Source: a virus (lineage: Duplodnaviria > Caudoviricetes). Taken from it: a stretch of 50,796 bases of DNA. The stretch spans positions 1 through 50,796 of IMG/VR virus record IMGVR_UViG_3300020205_001870; one strand, 5' to 3'. A program made the position numbers and the translations under genes. Under the pieces are notes generated by a model. The model was not told where the DNA came from and made no database searches. It saw only the letters and a program-made list of their open reading frames with translations. Shown one piece after another: positions 46,546-50,796 of this stretch (the first letter of the stretch is position 1; each line of letters starts with the position of its first letter).

Positions 46546-47747
46546 TGAGCCAGTTTCAATCTTATAATAATCAAGGTGGTTCTTCGGGTTACGATCCCGT
46601 TTCTGCGCTTTCAAATTTCGGAGGTAACCCCTTTGATCAACCGGGATTTAATCAGTCGGGCCCTCGTCAAAATCGAAGTCCAGCCCCGAAGCCACCTACT
46701 TTAACTCCCCCTACAAGTCGAAGTTCCCAAAGTGGATTCCAACCGCGAACAAATGGGATCATGGGTAATGTGGCCCGCGCCGGTTCTTTGCCCCGAACAA
46801 CGACAACTTCCGGAATTAACCCGGGGTATTTGCGTTGGGATGCGGCCCTTGCGGGAGCAATGGGGACGGATATCCGCAACCAGCAAGGTGAAATGAACCG
46901 GATGTTTGGCGCGGGGCAGAAACAAATCGGAATGAGTGAAGACGCTCTTCAGCGGGGCATCGGCACTATGCAATCAGTGGGGGCTGAACAGCGACAGAAT
47001 TTCTCCCAGATGGCGGGAGGACTAGAACAACAGGGTCAAAAGGACTTTGAGGGATTTACAAAGTACCGGGACGAACAAATGGGCCGGGTGGATAAGGATA
47101 TTTCTGTGGCTAATCAGCAGGCTGCAGGGGCTGTTTCTGGTTATGAACAGGCTATTGGTCAGTTCAAAGATACAGGCGCACAAGACGCGGCCAATGCTGC
47201 CTTTGGAATGCGTCGAAACATTGAGATGGCAAACAAGCAAATTGATGCGGGTTTAAATGCGGACGGTTCCATGATGAGCCCTGCAGAGAAACAAGCAGCA
47301 CGTCAACAGCTTTATTCTGAGTCTGAGAGCCAAGTCTCTCAGGCTGTTACAGGCATCTATAGCAATATGAATCAACAGGTTGCTTCAATGCAAGGGAATC
47401 TTGCAGGACTCCGGACAGGTCAAGCACAACAGACGTTGGCTGGTGGTCAACTTCGGGGTCAGATAGGTACAACCTTTGGGGCTCAAACTTTAGATGCCCA
47501 ACAGACAAATTACCGGATGAAGGAACTAGGTTCTAATTTGCGAACAATGGGAGAGCAGGCATATGCCAGTGCTATGCAGCAATCCGTAATGTTTGAAATG
47601 CAAGGACGGCAAACCATGGCCCAGATGGTGAGAGAAAACCCAAGGCAGTTTGTCAGTATGTTTGCTGGACTCACAGGATTCCTCGCGGGGGCAACAACTC
47701 CGGGTCTTCGAGATATCAGCATTCCTAACTTTGGAGCCATGACATGA
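46545..47747 (+). CDS. Gln/Gly-rich putative ejection protein
   Basis: Composition and position after the nozzle gene. Confidence 0.55.
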   Translation: MSQFQSYNNQGGSSGYDPVSALSNFGGNPFDQPGFNQSGPRQNRSPAPKPPTLTPPTSRSSQSGFQPRTNGIMGNVARAGSLPRTTTTSGINPGYLRWDAALAGAMGTDIRNQQGEMNRMFGAGQKQIGMSEDALQRGIGTMQSVGAEQRQNFSQMAGGLEQQGQKDFEGFTKYRDEQMGRVDKDISVANQQAAGAVSGYEQAIGQFKDTGAQDAANAAFGMRRNIEMANKQIDAGLNADGSMMSPAEKQAARQQLYSESESQVSQAVTGIYSNMNQQVASMQGNLAGLRTGQAQQTLAGGQLRGQIGTTFGAQTLDAQQTNYRMKELGSNLRTMGEQAYASAMQQSVMFEMQGRQTMAQMVRENPRQFVSMFAGLTGFLAGATTPGLRDISIPNFGAMT

Positions 47748-49393
47748 GCGCACTTCCCAGTAGCAGCGAACAATTCCTAGGTGGCCTTGCAGCGGGGGCT
47801 CAAAATTTAAACATTGCTTCTGCTAATCAGCAAGCCAAAATGAACTATTCCCTTGGACAACAGCAGATGGGGTTGCAGCGGGAAAAGATGGCCCAAGAAC
47901 AACAGATGCAACAGGCCCAGTTGGCCGCAGAAGAAACCAATAATGTAAACCGCCAAAAGATGCATGAACGCGAAATGGCTCAACAGCAATCGCAGTTTAC
48001 GGAAGGGCAAAAGTTTACGCGGGAACAAAACAATCTTGAACAAATGGCCAATATCCGGATGAAGAAAATTGAAATGGATTTGATGGCCAATGAACAAGAG
48101 ATTGCGGCATCAATGGACAACGATCCTGCTCTTCAGGAAAAACGAGCCAAACGTAGAAACCTTAAACAAGAAGCAATTAAACTCCAAAGCCTTATCACAT
48201 CCAGTCAAACGGCAATGAGTCTTGCCCAAGGTCTAAGAGAAGACCGTCTAAAGGAAGTAGATGGTCGTTTAACCGCTTTTCAAGAAAGTGTTGATACGCG
48301 CAGGAGTGAAGCAGAGAAGGCTGTTCAACGAGGCTTTCAATATGCTATGACCAAGAATGCAGCCGAAGGGGGTTTTTTTAACGAAGCTCAACGACTAAGT
48401 TCTGCGGGCGAAGATTATCAAGTTCAGTTCTTTGGGGACCGTCAACTTTGGACAAGTCAAGTAGGCGCAGGAGCGGCCATTGCGTTGGACAATCTCATGC
48501 AGTGGTTTGGTATGAATGGCAATGCCGATCTTGCAGCGTCTAAAATGACTGACTTTATGCAGAATGGGGGGGCCATGGCCGCTCAAACTGTTTACAACGC
48601 AATTGATCTTGATGATGGTGCATTTGGTCTTGATGCAGGCAATAAGGCTAAAGCGGCCACACTTGCCGCAGAGCTAGTTACCAACGCAGGGCTCTATGCA
48701 TACATGCCCCCAGAAGTACGCAACAGCCAAGAGCCTCAAATTGTTTCTCTGAAAGAAAAAATTGCTCAAGGTATTGGCGAGTTTAGAAGGATGGGTATGG
48801 GCGATGAACAGATTTCTGCAGTTTTTGAAGGCCTTGAGGCCTTGTCCCAAAACCGAGCGGAAATAAGTATGCAATATGCTCTAAAGCCTAATGACCCTAC
48901 CTTTAAACTTCTTGATCGCTCGCTCCAAGGCGTTGGACGTATTGAAGATCTAATTCAAAATGTTCTTGAGGATGAGAAATTCATGGCTCCAGTGGGTGGT
49001 AAAATTGTTGACCACTCTAAATTTGATTGGGTAGGCGTTACTAAAAATGCCCGCATTGCTTACGGTATGGGACAGAGTCCCGAGATGACCAACATGATGC
49101 GTGAGTTGCAAGCTTTAGGTGCAACAACCCAAGAAATTCAAGCGATTGCTCAAACTCTTACGGAGAGCGATCCTCGCCTTAAAGGTTTGCGGCCAGAAGA
49201 TTATGCTCAAGCCTTAACTCAGTTGGGGATTCAGCAGCAAGAACAAGCTTTGGACTTTGAAACTGCGACTGAGGAACAAGATTTGACAGAAGCCCGACTT
49301 ATGGCTCGTGGTCGAACCAAGGGTCTTCAACGAGGACAACAAAATCTAGAAGCTTTGTCTTCGCTTTATGAGGGAGGGGAACCAAATGACTAA
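47744..49393 (+). CDS. Gln-rich coiled-coil putative ejection protein
   Basis: FLGGLAAG N-terminus and long Q/E-rich helices. Confidence 0.55.
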   Translation: MSALPSSSEQFLGGLAAGAQNLNIASANQQAKMNYSLGQQQMGLQREKMAQEQQMQQAQLAAEETNNVNRQKMHEREMAQQQSQFTEGQKFTREQNNLEQMANIRMKKIEMDLMANEQEIAASMDNDPALQEKRAKRRNLKQEAIKLQSLITSSQTAMSLAQGLREDRLKEVDGRLTAFQESVDTRRSEAEKAVQRGFQYAMTKNAAEGGFFNEAQRLSSAGEDYQVQFFGDRQLWTSQVGAGAAIALDNLMQWFGMNGNADLAASKMTDFMQNGGAMAAQTVYNAIDLDDGAFGLDAGNKAKAATLAAELVTNAGLYAYMPPEVRNSQEPQIVSLKEKIAQGIGEFRRMGMGDEQISAVFEGLEALSQNRAEISMQYALKPNDPTFKLLDRSLQGVGRIEDLIQNVLEDEKFMAPVGGKIVDHSKFDWVGVTKNARIAYGMGQSPEMTNMMRELQALGATTQEIQAIAQTLTESDPRLKGLRPEDYAQALTQLGIQQQEQALDFETATEEQDLTEARLMARGRTKGLQRGQQNLEALSSLYEGGEPND

Positions 49394-50796
49394 TAAAGAT
49401 AAAGAACGTATCAAAGAAATTAAAGATCGGCTGGAAGGAATTTTTTCAGGCAAGGCTCTAATTAAAGCGGAAAAAACTATTGCCGCTCTTGGGGGTGTGA
49501 AGCAAGTTAATCAACTTCCCGCCGACGAAGAGGTTTTAAAGGCCGCAGAGGAAATGATCTCCTCTCTAGAGCAAAACCAATCTGCTGTGCCCCAACCAAA
49601 GATGGACCCAAATACCCCGGTAAGTTCAGTAGACATTCAGCCGGGTTATCAAGCTCCTCCTGCTGCACCCGTTAATGCTCCTACGCAAGATGTAATCAAC
49701 AACCTTCGGCTCAACAATTTTAAGAAGTCTTGGGCTCAGACAACGGATAAGGCCCAAAAAGATGTTTTAGGAAAGGCGTTTGGCCCGCGCGTTTTTGAAT
49801 TGAATAAGGTGCAAAGGAACAAACTTGGTGAAATGCTTTTAGCTGAAGAAGGTTTTTCTAAGGCAGGTTTAACGACTTTGCCTGATATGGAAGATCGTTT
49901 GGGATCCTTAAAGCTATTAAAGGAAGCAATTAAAGATAAGTCGCGCAGCATTAAAAGTATTGATACATCTATTGGTATTGCGCATAAGGGACTATTGACA
50001 AGTGCCGGAAGGATCCCTTCAAGGATCTTGTCTTTCCCCATGCCCAAGGGTCCAACAAAGGTTGAGCCTACATCTTCTATCTCAACTGCAGATTTTGATG
50101 TGGATCCCCGTGGAAAAAGTAAAAGTGTGGAGGTGGATCGTAAGCAGTTGATAATGAACTTAGACCCTCAACAATCGGGAGGAGCGTCGGCACCTACTGC
50201 TGCCCCTACTGCCTCGGCTCCTGCTCCTGCGGCTGTTGCTGTTCCTACACCTAACGCCTCAGGCGTTCGTGAACCAACGGAGTTTGCTAAACTAGTTGCT
50301 GCGGACCCAGCAAAATATGGAACTGGTTGGGGGCGTGGCAAGGTAGTTGCAACAAAGGAACAATGGGCAGCGCGTAACGCTTTGGCCCGAGAACTAGATC
50401 CTGTAACTGCTGCGATCAAAAAAGAGTGGGCCGAAACGCTTAAAACAAATAAAGCGAAGTATGGCTCCGGCAAAACAAAGAATAAAACTGCGGCTCAAAA
50501 GGAGGCAAGCAGTAATCTTTATACTGAAATTGAAACCCGTGTTCGTCAAGGCACAGCTCCTGTTCTTGCTGGGACACGTGTTAAGTATGTCCAAACAGCT
50601 GCGGACCCGGCTCCCGCCCCCGCCCCCGCCCCCGCACCGGCACCGGCTCCCGCATCAGCTCCATCGGCACCGGCCCCGACTCCTGCACCGGAACCACCGG
50701 CTGCTGTGGATCTACCCGGTAAAAAGAAGAAAAAGAAATTCAAAGGTGGCGCACCGGCTCCTATTCCGGCTCCAGCCTCCCCTTCACCTGCAACTC
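49386..50796 (+). CDS. N-terminal part of the origin-spanning ~601 aa protein; absent from the ORF track
   Basis: GGAGG RBS; MTNKDKERIKEIKDRLEG; frame continues into 9..494. Confidence 0.75.
   Translation, partial: MTNKDKERIKEIKDRLEGIFSGKALIKAEKTIAALGGVKQVNQLPADEEVLKAAEEMISSLEQNQSAVPQPKMDPNTPVSSVDIQPGYQAPPAAPVNAPTQDVINNLRLNNFKKSWAQTTDKAQKDVLGKAFGPRVFELNKVQRNKLGEMLLAEEGFSKAGLTTLPDMEDRLGSLKLLKEAIKDKSRSIKSIDTSIGIAHKGLLTSAGRIPSRILSFPMPKGPTKVEPTSSISTADFDVDPRGKSKSVEVDRKQLIMNLDPQQSGGASAPTAAPTASAPAPAAVAVPTPNASGVREPTEFAKLVAADPAKYGTGWGRGKVVATKEQWAARNALARELDPVTAAIKKEWAETLKTNKAKYGSGKTKNKTAAQKEASSNLYTEIETRVRQGTAPVLAGTRVKYVQTAADPAPAPAPAPAPAPAPASAPSAPAPTPAPEPPAAVDLPGKKKKKKFKGGAPAPIPAPASPSPAT
50606..50700 (+). 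repeat. Pro-Ala coding repeat
   Basis: (CCCGCC)n and CCGGCA units encoding PAPAPAPA. Confidence 0.85.
50698..50796. repeat. Terminal direct repeat, right copy
   Basis: Identical to 1-99. Confidence 0.95.

Larger units (their letters stand above)
269..46983. repeat. Dispersed 9-mer CAGTGGGGG, at least 24 exact copies
   Basis: Plus-strand starts: 269, 597, 2189, 5618, 6035, 8713, 9508, 14737, 15163, 15390, 23273, 24034, 26888, 32060, 34539, 40755, 42549, 46975. Minus strand (CCCCCACTG): 579, 13769, 17912, 26486, 33479, 42513. Confidence 0.9.

Noticed and set aside
1-50796. Alternative genetic code
   Set aside because: Standard-code ORFs tile both arms densely with intact long genes

Overview
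The window is a complete, circularly assembled tailed dsDNA phage genome of about 50,697 bp: bases 1-99 equal 50698-50796, and an ORF reads through the join. The minus-strand arm (5361-24401) carries an SF3/D5-type helicase, a probable iteron origin, small early genes (DUF932, Gp88), a family-4 UDG-like protein, family A DNA polymerase, ERCC4 nuclease, a displaced tail-fibre and lysis block, HTH and sigma-like regulators, and a PD-(D/E)XK + AAA_24 + SSB-like recombination module. The plus-strand arm (24430 through the join to 5364) carries terminase, portal, scaffold, capsid, podovirus-like tail and ejection proteins. No integrase, tRNA, CRISPR array, primase or endolysin was recognisable. Sequence clues point to a Planctomycetota host (inference). 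The most striking unexplained signal is a non-palindromic 9-mer, CAGTGGGGG, with at least 24 exact copies found by eye in many reading frames and an 18:6 strand bias. Other notable items are a trypsin-fold protease in the tail module, a UDG/PolA overlap with no canonical polymerase start, cysteine-rich tail proteins, apparent CCWGG avoidance and sharp GC-rich patches inside genes. All product calls come from motif recognition by eye, not database searches.
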